A stretch of 64,000 nt of DNA, from NCBI GenBank assembly GCA_918797485.1, contig CAKKNE010000002.1, positions 2,232,001 to 2,296,000 of the forward strand. Direction: 5' to 3'. The notes beneath the pieces were generated by a model. The model did no database searches, was not told the origin of the DNA, and was given only the letters and a program-made list of their open reading frames with translations. How positions within the stretch are numbered: position 1 is the first letter of the stretch; each line of letters starts with the position of its first letter. The position numbers and the translations under genes are program-made. The DNA is from Pelagomonas calceolata. Its lineage: Eukaryota. Shown one piece after another: positions 33,122-43,531 of the stretch.

Positions 33122-35221
33122 TTACGGGAGGGGCGCCGTTGCAACCTCCGAAGATGGACCCTCCACACAGCAACCGTCCTCCTCGCATCGGGCGACGAAC
33201 GCGCGCCACGTGTCATCCGACGCGAGCGTGCCTGGGTCCCCCACCACCACGACCGCCCTCCGCGCCCGCGTGAGGGCCACGTTCAGGCGGCGGTCGTCAG
33301 CGACGAAGCCCAGGTTGCCCTTCTCGTTCGACCGCACGGTCGAGATGAGGACCACGTCCTTTTCGCGGCCCTGGTACGCGTCCACGGTGTTGACCTCGAC
33401 GTCGCCCGCGAGGGCGTCGCGGATGAGGCGCGCTTGCGCCGCGTAGGGCGTGATGACGCCGATGTCCCGCTCGGCGACCGTCGCGAGCAGCTCGCGGACG
33501 ACCTTGACTAGCGCGGCGCACTCGGCCTCGTTCGAGATCGACGCGGCGTCGGCGTTGCTCTCCCGCGACTCCGCGCCGCGGACCGCGACGAGCGCGAGGG
33601 GCGCGCTCGCGTTGGGCCAGGCGAAGCCCGCGGGCAGCTCGGCCGCCACGCGGCGCGCCTCGACGGCAAGACACGTCCGCACCGCCCCGCCGTAGAAGCG
33701 CTCGGAAGAGAAGCGGTTCAGCTCGGGGTGCATGCGGTACTGCGTCGTGAGGAGCCGCGGCCGCAGCCCCGTCCCCACGAGCCGCTGGAAGAGCGACGCG
33801 CGGAGCGCGCCCGCGTCCCGCGAGAGCACGGTGGGCGGCAGCTGGCACGGGTCGCCCACGAGGACGAGCTGCGTCGCGCGCGGCGCCGCCGCGAGCGGCA
33901 CCAACGCCGCGGGCTCCGTGGCCTGGGCCGCCTCGTCGACGAGCACCAGCCCAAAGTCGAGGAAGTCCTCGGACTGGCCGGGCCGGGGCGCGAGGCCCAG
34001 CCACGGCGCCAGGGCGTCGGACCCCGCGCCGACGCAGCTCGCGACGACGACGTCCGCGTCCAGCAGCGCCCGCCGCCGCAGCTCGTCGCGCGCGTCGGGC
34101 CGCGCGCGCGCGTAGTCGTCGCCCCCCAGGCGCAGCGCCCAGGCGTCCAGCGTGTGGTTGCGCAGCTCCTCCCGCGTCGCCGCCGGGTGGCCCACGCGCA
34201 CGGCCGAGACGTTCAGCCGCAGGAGGGCCTCGAGGAGGTTGTCCGCGGCCACGTTCGACACCGCGCACGCGAGCGCGCGCCGCCGCTTCTCGGGCCGCAG
34301 GCGCGACTTGCTTTCGCGGTCCCGCAGCGCGACGGCCGCGGCCAGCAGGGCCGCCGCGGTCCGCGTCTTGCCCGTGCCCGGTGGGCCCTGGATGAGCGAC
34401 ACGCGCGCCGTGAGCGCGGCCACCGCCGCGCGCACCTGCGCGTCGACGAGCTCGCCGCCCGAGACGTCGTGGAGCGCCCGGCGCGCGGCGGCGTCGTTCG
34501 GGCAGCGCCGCGTCAGGCCGCCGGCGCGCTCCGCCGCGAGGACGGCGTCGTCGCGCGTCAGGACCTTGCGCAGCTCCGCGGACGCGTCGTCGGCGTCGCG
34601 GCCGCGCGCGTTCGGCGTGAGCGCCTCGACGGCCGCGCGCATGCGGTCGTACGAGACCGCCGAGAAGCACTGGTCCAGCCGCGCCGACGGCTCCCGCGCC
34701 AGCGCGTCGGCCTGCTGCGCCGACGAGAGCACGACGTCGACGTGGCGCGGGCCCGTCTTCAGGATCGTACCCTCGGCGGCGCCGCAGCCGCCCATCGTGC
34801 CCGGCGCGACGATGCACAGGTCGCCGGACCCGAAACGGTGGTGCCGCGGCAGCAAGGGCGGCGCGCGCTCGCCGCGGCGGCGCGGCTTCTCGAGGCGCAC
34901 GACCGGCCGGCCGTAGAGGCCGCGCGGGAGCCGCGCGCACCGCACGTCCGTCAGCGAGAGGCCCGCGTCTTCGAGCCGCTTGTCGGACCACTTCTCGAGC
35001 CGCTCCTTCGCCACGCGCTCCTCCTCCTTGCGCTCGTGCGTCAGGAGGCCGAGCAGCCGCGTCGCGTACTTTTGCTCGGCGTCGCGGCGCTCGTGGTACT
35101 TTGCGGCGCGGCCGCGGCCCTTGGCGTGCAGCAGCACCACACTTTGGTGGTTTTTTGGGGGTGGCTGGAAGCACTGTGTGATTGCGAGCAGTGCGAGTGT
35201 TTTGAGATGCTGGTGTGGCAT
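33122..35221 (-). CDS. Superfamily 1 helicase, UPF1/IGHMBP2/DNA2-like
   Basis: Motifs QGPPGTGKT, DEAAQ, GDPCQLPP, QYRMH, YQGREKD and NVALTRAR. Confidence 0.9.
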   Translation of the reverse strand: MPHQHLKTLALLAITQCFQPPPKNHQSVVLLHAKGRGRAAKYHERRDAEQKYATRLLGLLTHERKEEERVAKERLEKWSDKRLEDAGLSLTDVRCARLPRGLYGRPVVRLEKPRRRGERAPPLLPRHHRFGSGDLCIVAPGTMGGCGAAEGTILKTGPRHVDVVLSSAQQADALAREPSARLDQCFSAVSYDRMRAAVEALTPNARGRDADDASAELRKVLTRDDAVLAAERAGGLTRRCPNDAAARRALHDVSGGELVDAQVRAAVAALTARVSLIQGPPGTGKTRTAAALLAAAVALRDRESKSRLRPEKRRRALACAVSNVAADNLLEALLRLNVSAVRVGHPAATREELRNHTLDAWALRLGGDDYARARPDARDELRRRALLDADVVVASCVGAGSDALAPWLGLAPRPGQSEDFLDFGLVLVDEAAQATEPAALVPLAAAPRATQLVLVGDPCQLPPTVLSRDAGALRASLFQRLVGTGLRPRLLTTQYRMHPELNRFSSERFYGGAVRTCLAVEARRVAAELPAGFAWPNASAPLALVAVRGAESRESNADAASISNEAECAALVKVVRELLATVAERDIGVITPYAAQARLIRDALAGDVEVNTVDAYQGREKDVVLISTVRSNEKGNLGFVADDRRLNVALTRARRAVVVVGDPGTLASDDTWRAFVARCEEDGCCVEGPSSEVATAPLP

Positions 35222-35562
35222 TGTGCTACGATGCATGCATGCACGGCACGCGTCTCGAATCCTTACACCGGACGATTGCCACACGCTCCCTTGCCACCAG
35301 CATCCCTAGTGCCTTACAGGCCGCTAGCTCTCACGCGTCCTGTGTTGATTTGAGCAATGCTGAACGGGCTGTAAACGTCCCCGCGACTGAAGCGATTTAC
35401 GCTTTTTTTTAGCTCAAGATTATGCATCGATTCTGTGCTAGTTGCTAGCTAGGCTTGGGCAGCGGGAGTGAGTCTCCTGCGCGGCCAGCATTGCTCACAG
35501 AGCCCCACGCTAGTTTTCTTGCAATAACCCAACGCTCTGCTAGTAAAACGCATCGCTACGCA

Positions 35563-37479
35563 ATGTCGAGGCAGCTGCAGCGGCTGCTCCCGGCCGCCGC
35601 CAGGCGCCGGCACGCCGTCGCCTGGCGTTTGGCCTCGTCAACTGCAACGACTGAGCGCGACGACGCAGCGAAGCGCTCTTTCGCTAGTCGTCTCAAGGAC
35701 GTCGGCGTCGGCTTCGCCGCAAACGCGAGCCGGAGCAAGGAGGAGAAGCAGATCAACTTGGGCAAGGCGATGACAGGCGGCCTGCCGGACTTTGTGGAAG
35801 AGTGGACGCCCGACCTTTTCCGGAAGGTCGGCAAGGGTCTGGGCGTCGCGGCGGTCGCGAGCTGGCCGCTCGCGTTCCACCACGACATCTCCCTGCTCGT
35901 GCCGCTGTTAGCGAGCGGCGCGACGGTGGGCTACTGGAAGATCGGATTGGACGACCTGAAGCAGACGTCGTCGGCGCTCCCGAAGAACTTCCCCGTGCTC
36001 ATTCACCTGCGCTACATCCTCGAGTCGATCCGGCCGGAGATCCAGCAGTACTTTATTGAAGCGGACGAGTCGCAGGGCCAGGTGCCCTTCACGCGGGCCA
36101 TGCGCAGCACGATCTACCAGCGCGCCAAGGGCGCGCAGGACACGCGCGCGCTGGGCACGCGGCGCAACGTCTATGGCGAGGGCTTCGAGTGGGCGAACCA
36201 CTCCATGTTCCCCGTGTCCCACGCGGACGTCGAGGACCGCGTGACGATCGGCGGGTCGCGGTGCGCGCAGCCCTACTCGGCGTCGCTACTCAACATCTCG
36301 GCGATGTCGTTCGGGGCCCTGTCGGCGAACGCGATCGAGGCCTTGAATCGCGGGGCCGCGCGGGGCGGCTTCTACCACAACACGGGCGAGGGGGGCATTT
36401 CCCGCTTTCATCTGTCGGGCGGCGACGTCGTCTGGAACGTGGGGACGGGCTACTTCGGCTGCGGCAAGACGATCGACGACAAGGGCACGCGCGCCTTCTG
36501 CCCCGACCAGTTCAAGGAGAACGCCACGAAGGAACAGGTCAAGATGATCGAGATCAAGCTGAGCCAGGGCGCCAAGCCCGCGCATGGTGGTATCTTACCT
36601 GCCGCAAAAATTACGTCGTTGATCGCGGAAGCGAGAGGCCTAGGTGAGGGGCCCTGGCTCACTGATTGCGCGTCGCCGCCGCGCCACTCGGCCTTCGGGT
36701 CGCCGGCGGAGTTGATCCAGTTCGTGCAGCAGCTCCGAGAGCTGTCGGGCGGCAAGCCCATCGGCTTCAAGCTCTGCGTGGGCCAGCCCCACGAGTTCGC
36801 GGCGCTGTGCCACGCCATGCTCGACGCGAACGTCGCGCCGGACTTCGTCACGGTCGACGGCACGGAGGGCGGCACGGGCGCCGCGCCCCCAGAATTCCAG
36901 GACTCGATCGGCATGCCGCTCGCCGAGGGTCTGAGGATTGTGGACGGCTTCCTGACGGGCGCCGGCCTACGGGACGAAGTGAAGGTCATCGCCGCGGGCA
37001 AGATCTACAACGGCTTCTCGTTAGTCAGAACGCTTGCTTTAGGTGCCGATGCCACAAACTGCGCGCGCGGCATGATGTTCGCTTTAGGGTGCATCCAGGC
37101 CCTGAAGTGCAACACGAACAAGTGCCCGACGGGAATCGCGACCCAGGACGCGGCCCTGTCGTCCTCGCTCCACGTGCCGACGAAGGAGGTGCGCGTCGCG
37201 AACTTCCACCGGGCGACGGTCCACGCCGCGCGCGAGATCATCGGCGCCGTCGGCGTGAAGCGCGGGCGCGACGTGAGCCAGGACCACATCTTCAAGCGGC
37301 GCGACGGCGTCCAGGTGCGGTCGCTCTCCGAGGTCCACACGAACTACTTCGCGAAGCTCAAGGCCGGCCAGCTCCTCACGGAGGAGGGCCTCGCCGAGAC
37401 GTCGCCGATCATGCGCCGCTGGTGGCGCGACGGCTACGACGCGCATACCGCGTCGCAGGACCGCGCGATGGCGGCGTAA
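35563..37479 (+). CDS. Stand-alone FMN-binding glutamate synthase family protein
   Basis: Motifs ISAMSFGALS, NTGEGG, EIKLSQGAKP, DGTEGGTGAAP and GCIQALKCNTNKCPTGIATQD; no amidotransferase domain. Confidence 0.9.
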   Translation: MSRQLQRLLPAAARRRHAVAWRLASSTATTERDDAAKRSFASRLKDVGVGFAANASRSKEEKQINLGKAMTGGLPDFVEEWTPDLFRKVGKGLGVAAVASWPLAFHHDISLLVPLLASGATVGYWKIGLDDLKQTSSALPKNFPVLIHLRYILESIRPEIQQYFIEADESQGQVPFTRAMRSTIYQRAKGAQDTRALGTRRNVYGEGFEWANHSMFPVSHADVEDRVTIGGSRCAQPYSASLLNISAMSFGALSANAIEALNRGAARGGFYHNTGEGGISRFHLSGGDVVWNVGTGYFGCGKTIDDKGTRAFCPDQFKENATKEQVKMIEIKLSQGAKPAHGGILPAAKITSLIAEARGLGEGPWLTDCASPPRHSAFGSPAELIQFVQQLRELSGGKPIGFKLCVGQPHEFAALCHAMLDANVAPDFVTVDGTEGGTGAAPPEFQDSIGMPLAEGLRIVDGFLTGAGLRDEVKVIAAGKIYNGFSLVRTLALGADATNCARGMMFALGCIQALKCNTNKCPTGIATQDAALSSSLHVPTKEVRVANFHRATVHAAREIIGAVGVKRGRDVSQDHIFKRRDGVQVRSLSEVHTNYFAKLKAGQLLTEEGLAETSPIMRRWWRDGYDAHTASQDRAMAA

Positions 37480-37480
37480 A

Positions 37481-37885
37481 TTAGCTCTTACTTTCCGCGG
37501 CCGCCTCCTGCTCGCCGTGGTAGCGGCCGAGGTAGTAGCCCGCGTAGTACCAGCTCGCCAGGACGTCGTGGAGGCCCGCCGCGTCGGGGCCCGCCGGCGG
37601 GACGGCCGGCGGTAGCGGTGGCGGCGCGGCGGCCGGCGGCGCCGCTGGCCGCTGGACGGGCTCCCACTCGCCGTACTCGCCGACGGTCGGGTCCTTGACC
37701 GGCGAGGCGGCCGTGGCGGGCGTTGTTGCTGGGACGGGCGCCTCGAGCAGCGCGGCGAAGCGCGCGTCCGCCTCGGCCATCTCGTCCTCGTCCTCGGCGG
37801 CCGCGCCCGCGTCGAGGTTCTCGAGGCCGCGGCTCACCGCAGCAATCAGCTCGCTGTCGTCCCACTTGTCCGGGTCGGCCTGCAT
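37481..37885 (-). CDS. SMN: Survival motor neuron (SMN)-like protein
   Basis: Gemin2-binding-type WDDSELI, a Pro-rich stretch, and the YG box SWYYAGYYLGRYHG. Confidence 0.8.
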   Translation of the reverse strand: MQADPDKWDDSELIAAVSRGLENLDAGAAAEDEDEMAEADARFAALLEAPVPATTPATAASPVKDPTVGEYGEWEPVQRPAAPPAAAPPPLPPAVPPAGPDAAGLHDVLASWYYAGYYLGRYHGEQEAAAESKS

Positions 37886-38180
37886 GGTTTTTTTCCACCG
37901 CTGCGTCTCGCGAGCGCGACAGCACCTCTGCAGTGCCAGCCTCTTGCCCGCTGCTTCGCGCGACGAGTTCAGCCTGGACGAGTGGTGTAGTACAAAACGG
38001 TGTTATAACGTATGCGCACTGCAACGCCAAAAGGTGGGTTTGGACTGAGTAAAACCCGTCTACATTTTTGCAATTTGGGCAGAGCGGCGTTTCACGCTAG
38101 ACGGGCGGCGCAGCACGACCGAAGAGCTCATCTGTGCTGGAATTTGTGGCAGCACAACCCAAACAAGCAGTTTCACCCCG

Positions 38181-40550
38181 ATGGACGCCTGGGAGGCCTA
38201 CGCCGTCGACGCGGCGGAGGAGCAGGGTGACCAACCCGCCGAGGACGCCATCAGCAAAGGGCTGGAGTCGTTGGCGGACTCGGCGAGCCAGTGGCTGGCG
38301 CCGGGCGTCGAAAAGGCTGCTGCGGCGGCCGACGGCCTGCGGCAAAAGGGCCTCGAGGCGGCGAACCAGGGCCTCGCGGCGGCCAAGGACCGGGCGAAGT
38401 TGTTTGACCTGAACGCGTTGCAGGCGAACGACCCGCTCTTCGCGGCCGGCGAGCAGCCCGCGGCGCCGGCCGCCGAGCCCGACGCCGCGCCGACGACGAA
38501 CGACGACGCGCACGCGCGCGAGCTCGCCCGCGTCAAGGAGCAGTCGCTGCGCGACGCGCGGCGCGTCGAGGGCGAGCAGCTCCGCGAGAATCGGAAGCTC
38601 TCGCAACGCCTCGCGGAGCTCCAGCGCGCGATGGAGGAGGCGACCGCGCGGGCCGCCTCGTCGGACCGCGCGGTGGCGGAATTGCGGGAAAGCGAGCGCC
38701 GCGCGGCGGGCGACGCGCGGCGCTTCCGCGAGGAGGCCGAGGCGCTGCGGGAGGCGCAGCGCGACGCCGCCGAGGCGCTCGCGGGCGCGCGGGACGCGGC
38801 GCGGCGGGCCGACGACCGGGCGGCGCAGGCCCTGGCGGACGCGGAGCGGGCGCAGCGCGAGCTGCGCCGGACGGCGTCGCGGACCGAGGCGCTGGCCGAG
38901 GGCCGCGAGGACCTCGCCGGGGCCGTCGAGCGGTCGCGGGACGAGGCGGCGCGCGCGTCGGCCGCGGCGCTGCGCCACCGCGACGACCTGGCGGCCGCGC
39001 ACGGCGAGGTGGCGCGCCTCCTCCACCGCGTCGAGGCCGAGGCGCGGGCGCGGCGGGACGCCGAGGACAAGCTGCGGCGGCTCGCGCACAAAAAGGCGCC
39101 CGTCGCCGCGGCGGCGCCGCCGCCGCCGCCGGCGCCCGTCGTCGTGCAAGAGGACGACGGCCAGGTCCGCGCGCTGCGCGAGGAGCTCGCCGCCGCGCGG
39201 GCCAAGGCGGCGCGCGCCGAGCAGCGCGAGGCCGACGGCCAGCGCCGCATGCGCGTGCTCGAGGCCGCGGCGTCCAAGGCGCGCGCCGAGGCGGCGGCGG
39301 CCGACTCGGAGGCGCGCCGCTACCGCGACGGCGACTCCGATCTGAGGAGACGGTGCGAGGCGGCCGAGCGCGCGGCGACGCGCGCGACGGCGGCGCGCGA
39401 GGAGGCGCTGGCCGAGGTCGACGCGCGCGTCGACGCGGCCAAGCTCGCCGGCGAGCGCATCGCGAACGCCGCGAAGCGCCAGGTCGCGGCGCTGGACAAG
39501 GCGCTGTCGGGCCGCGACGCGCTCGTCGCGTGCACCGAGGCGCGGGGCGCGATGGCCCTCCGCGACAAAACCAGGGAGCTCGCGGACGCGAAGCGCGCCT
39601 TGGGCGTCGCGGAGTCGCGGACCCAGGCCGCGCGCCGGTCCAAGGCGTTCCTCTTCGGCGGCGCCGTGCGCGACGAGCTCGCGCGCCTCCAGCGGCAGAA
39701 CGACCGGCTCCGCGAGGAGGTTCTTGCCGGCGGCGGCGAGCGGGACGAGGACGCGGCGCCGCCGCCTCCGGCCAAGAAGGCGCCGCCCGCGGCGCGGCCC
39801 AGCAACGACACCTTCGACGCGAAGACGCGCGCGACGTACGTCGCGCTCGCCGTGTCGCAGCTCTGCGCGGCCGCGGGCGCCGGCGAGGAGTCGCGCGCCG
39901 CGACGGTGGCGCCCGTTCTACGCGAACTCCTGAAGCAGCCGCACAACGCGGTCAAGCACTGGCTCGCGTTCCTGGAGCGGGACGCCGAGGCCGCGGCGGC
40001 GACGTGCGCCGCGCTCGACTTGTTGCGGGACGCGCTGGACGAGGGCGCGGAGCGCGAGCGGTCCGCGGCGTCGCTCGGCGCGCAGCGGGCGCTCTTGCGG
40101 TACGACGCGCGCCTCGCGGCGGCCGCCGTGCTGTCGGCGGCGCGCGACAACGCCGCGCGCGCGCGCGAGGACACGCGCACGCGCGCCGCGGCGCAGCGCA
40201 TGTGCGCCGCGGCCGAGGCCGCCGTCGCCGACGCCGTCAAAAGGGTTGAAGCCGCGGACAACGCGCGGGACAACGCCGTCCAGGAGGCGGCCGAGCTCCA
40301 GCGCGCGGTCGCCGAGTCCGGCACGTCCGTGGAATTCGCCCACGCGCGCGCGGCCTGCGTCGCCGTGTTGCGGAGCGGCCGCGGCTCGGCCGCGTACAAC
40401 AAGCTGCTGCCGCTGCTGCGCGGCTTCCTACGCGTGCCGCACGCGGTCGTCGAGGACAACGTCCTCGCGCTGCTCGGGACGGGGTCGGGCGCGGACTTCG
40501 TCGAGGCGCTGACGGCGCCGCCGCCGGCGAAGGAGAGGGCTCCGTCGTAA
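38181..40550 (+). CDS. Long coiled-coil protein
   Basis: 789-aa ORF rich in A, E and R with heptad character. Confidence 0.75.
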   Translation: MDAWEAYAVDAAEEQGDQPAEDAISKGLESLADSASQWLAPGVEKAAAAADGLRQKGLEAANQGLAAAKDRAKLFDLNALQANDPLFAAGEQPAAPAAEPDAAPTTNDDAHARELARVKEQSLRDARRVEGEQLRENRKLSQRLAELQRAMEEATARAASSDRAVAELRESERRAAGDARRFREEAEALREAQRDAAEALAGARDAARRADDRAAQALADAERAQRELRRTASRTEALAEGREDLAGAVERSRDEAARASAAALRHRDDLAAAHGEVARLLHRVEAEARARRDAEDKLRRLAHKKAPVAAAAPPPPPAPVVVQEDDGQVRALREELAAARAKAARAEQREADGQRRMRVLEAAASKARAEAAAADSEARRYRDGDSDLRRRCEAAERAATRATAAREEALAEVDARVDAAKLAGERIANAAKRQVAALDKALSGRDALVACTEARGAMALRDKTRELADAKRALGVAESRTQAARRSKAFLFGGAVRDELARLQRQNDRLREEVLAGGGERDEDAAPPPPAKKAPPAARPSNDTFDAKTRATYVALAVSQLCAAAGAGEESRAATVAPVLRELLKQPHNAVKHWLAFLERDAEAAAATCAALDLLRDALDEGAERERSAASLGAQRALLRYDARLAAAAVLSAARDNAARAREDTRTRAAAQRMCAAAEAAVADAVKRVEAADNARDNAVQEAAELQRAVAESGTSVEFAHARAACVAVLRSGRGSAAYNKLLPLLRGFLRVPHAVVEDNVLALLGTGSGADFVEALTAPPPAKERAPS

Positions 40551-40967
40551 GGGTTTGTGTTGGCTTTTCTTTCTTTCTCCCGCGTTATGATGCGAGTGAG
40601 CTTCGCTTTTCGTCATCGTTTTTACTAGCGGCTGTCCCCCTGTTGTTCGCGCCGCGCGAAGCTCAGGTTGAAAAAAACCCATGATTGAACGACCTGCCGC
40701 TCGAGGAGAACGTAGGAGGGCTTCTTGTAGTCTTGATCGATGATGGCACAACCGGGGGGGGAGGATGGCGCCGACTCTTGCCGGACTGACTCTAAAGGCA
40801 TCGCCCCCGGCTCCTCAGTGCACAGCGCGCCACAGCAAGTTTGCTGGCGTACAGACTTTTATCGACGTTTACCTGAAGCCTGCGTAAAAAGCGCGCTGCT
40901 GAACGATTGCGTCAAATATCGCTGTGGCCAAATAAGAGCCAGCTCCCATCTTGGCTCCGTTTTCGTC

Positions 40968-41891
40968 ATGGGGAGCTTAGAAAATCCTTCTGTGACGCTC
41001 GATGATGGCAGGGACTGCCTGAGGTGCGCTTCGGCGTCCGTTGCAACGGTTTCGTCCGAAGTCGTTTCCCGCTGGTTCCGCGCTCGAGCCAAAAAAAATA
41101 ATTCTCTCCGAATAACCCACAGGCTCATGGTCCTCGACTACGACGACACGCTCTGCCCGTCGTCGTGGATCTCGGCGGCGCCCGAGCGCGTGCACGCGGC
41201 GACGGACGCCGACGCCGAGTGCCTCCGGCGCTTGGAGGACGGCATCGAAGCCCTGCTGCAGCGCGCCGAGGCGCTGAACTGCAAGGTCGTGATTATCACG
41301 AACGCCGACGAGGACTGGGTCCGCTTCTCGTCGCAGCAGTTCCTGCCGCGCATCGTGCCGCTGCTCCAGAACCTGCGGGTCGTGTCGGCGCGGCGCTACG
41401 AGCACCTGTACCCGGGCCGGAGCGTCTGCTGGAAGGCCGCGGCTTTTACGCACGTGGCCAAGGCCTTCTTCCACGGCGAGGACCCGAGCGGCACGCGGCC
41501 GCGCGAGATCGTGTCCATCGGCGACTCGAACGACGAGCGCCTGGCCGTGCGCGCGGCGGCGGCGCCCCTGGACGCGACGGCGAAGGCCATTAAGTTGGTC
41601 GACGCGCCGTCGCTCGACACCGTCGCGTGCCAGCTCGTCGCCGTGACGGCCGCTCTCCCTTTCCTCGCGGCGGCGAAGACGTCCGTCGACGTCGACGTGG
41701 CGGCGGTGCTGGCCTACGTGGGCGCGGCGCACCGCGACGACGGGCCCGCGCAGGACGCCGTCCAGCGCGTCTGGAACGACGCCGCGTGGGGGCTCCTGAC
41801 GGCGATCCGCTTCCAGGACGCGAACCCGGCGCCCGTCACCGATGGGACGCCGGGCTCGCCCGTCTCGCCATCGATCACCGCCCAAGCTTAG
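40968..41891 (+). CDS. HAD-superfamily hydrolase-like protein; 5' structure uncertain (probable intron ending near 41123)
   Basis: Motifs LDYDDTL, IITNA and SIGDS. Confidence 0.75.
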   Translation: MGSLENPSVTLDDGRDCLRCASASVATVSSEVVSRWFRARAKKNNSLRITHRLMVLDYDDTLCPSSWISAAPERVHAATDADAECLRRLEDGIEALLQRAEALNCKVVIITNADEDWVRFSSQQFLPRIVPLLQNLRVVSARRYEHLYPGRSVCWKAAAFTHVAKAFFHGEDPSGTRPREIVSIGDSNDERLAVRAAAAPLDATAKAIKLVDAPSLDTVACQLVAVTAALPFLAAAKTSVDVDVAAVLAYVGAAHRDDGPAQDAVQRVWNDAAWGLLTAIRFQDANPAPVTDGTPGSPVSPSITAQA

Positions 41892-42065
41892 CTGTGCACT
41901 GTGTGTTTGCTTGGTATCTAACGTTAGTTTATATTTCTCGGCGACGTCTCCCTTCACGTCTCCCTTCGTTTGGAAATTAAGCTCTGAACTTCACTATTCG
42001 GGGGTCAGTCGGAGAGGTCTCTTTTCAAAAGCCATCCGCCTAATACATGTATACTATATTAATGT

Positions 42066-42090
42066 ATATACATATATATATATATATATA
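42066..42090. repeat. (AT)n microsatellite
   Basis: ATATACATATATATATATATATATA seen directly. Confidence 0.9.
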
Positions 42091-43531
42091 CGGATTCCTA
42101 GTGTGTCGATACGCTAGATCACTAGTCTTGCGGCTCGCCAAAATACACCAGCGATTGACGATGCCTTCTACCGTCCAAATGGGACATCATATCAACTCCA
42201 GCCCAGTTTTCATCCACACTCGACGGAACCGGAGCCGACGGCCCGCGCTCGGAGGGCGGGAGAAGAGTTCTACTAGACAACTCTCGCGTTTATGTTCGTT
42301 TCCTTCCGTTTGTTAGTGGTAGAGTCCATCTAGGCCGGATTAGCGCCCACTGAGCTATTTTAGATATTCCGTTAGAGCCTCGCGATTCGTCGTCTTCGCG
42401 ACCCCGTGTTTATGCTCAGACGGGCTCGAAGCCTGAACCCGCGAGTATCAGCGACGCCACCATCCAGATGGACCATAACGCCGTTGTTCTATTCACAATC
42501 GACCGACTTGCCCGTTCTCCGCGGACGACGGTGCGTACGCGGGGCACTGGAAAGGCCCCAGACCCGTGAGTTATAGAATAAATTTGCGTTTCAGGCGCTT
42601 CGGTTGTGGGACGGGCCAGATAACCGGGCTGAGCGCCTACTACATTGCTCGAGACCCCACGATGCTCCGCGCGGCTCGGCCAACTCCCGAGCCCACATCT
42701 TGTTAATTTTGGCTTCAGGCTCAGACCTGCGACCATCAGCCCGTGTACCTTCACCATGGACCATGACGCGATCATTTGTTCCATGATCGACCGACTTGCG
42801 CGAGGTCCAGATCAAGATGTTCACGTCCCGAGCGTGGTCGGCCCAAAGTACCCTTCTCGTGGTGTAGATGTCCTATACTTGTAGTTGACTATCGTTGGGT
42901 TAGTATGGGGTCCGACGAGACCGCTACGGCGACTACTGGGGGCCCTCGGGTAATTGACGTTTTTGACGGGAACGGGGCGCCATCGGGTCCAAATTGCACA
43001 CTTTTTTCGGGGGCAGATCGGCTCCTGGCGGTCTCTCGGGGTAGGTCTGGTAGAGGGTAGTCGCCTGTCCCGCATACGCCATCGATGCAGCAGCCTAGTG
43101 CTCTCGGGGAGCTCTGGAAGCCATTGCCAAGTAATTCATGCTAAATCTCCGTGGGCTGCTGAGAGAAATCGACCAAAAATGCTTGAAGCGGCGGCGCTCG
43201 CGGTGTAAGCGCTTGCACGTGTATAGTACCGACCCTAGGCGACCCCAGGGAGACCTGTTTGGCAGGGATTGACAGGATTAAACCGGCGCGGCCGCCATGG
43301 TGCGATCGTCAGTCGGAGCCGCGAATTAAAAAATAAATTGTTTTGGACCCCAGTACGTGTCCCATTGATCTCTTTGGACCCGTAGCGAACTGAACGATAC
43401 TCAAACAGCTGCATGTCGATGTGTCGCGTTTGCTAGTGTCTTACCGGCCGCTAGCTCGTCCAGCTCCGGGCCGGCAGAGCTGGCGCGCAGTGTAGTAGTG
43501 CTGTCAAGACTGACAGACGTGGAGAGGAGCA

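Noticed and set aside
2775..37479. GS plus glutamate synthase-like gene as a nitrogen assimilation cluster
   Set aside because: They are over 30 kb apart and separated by unrelated housekeeping genes.
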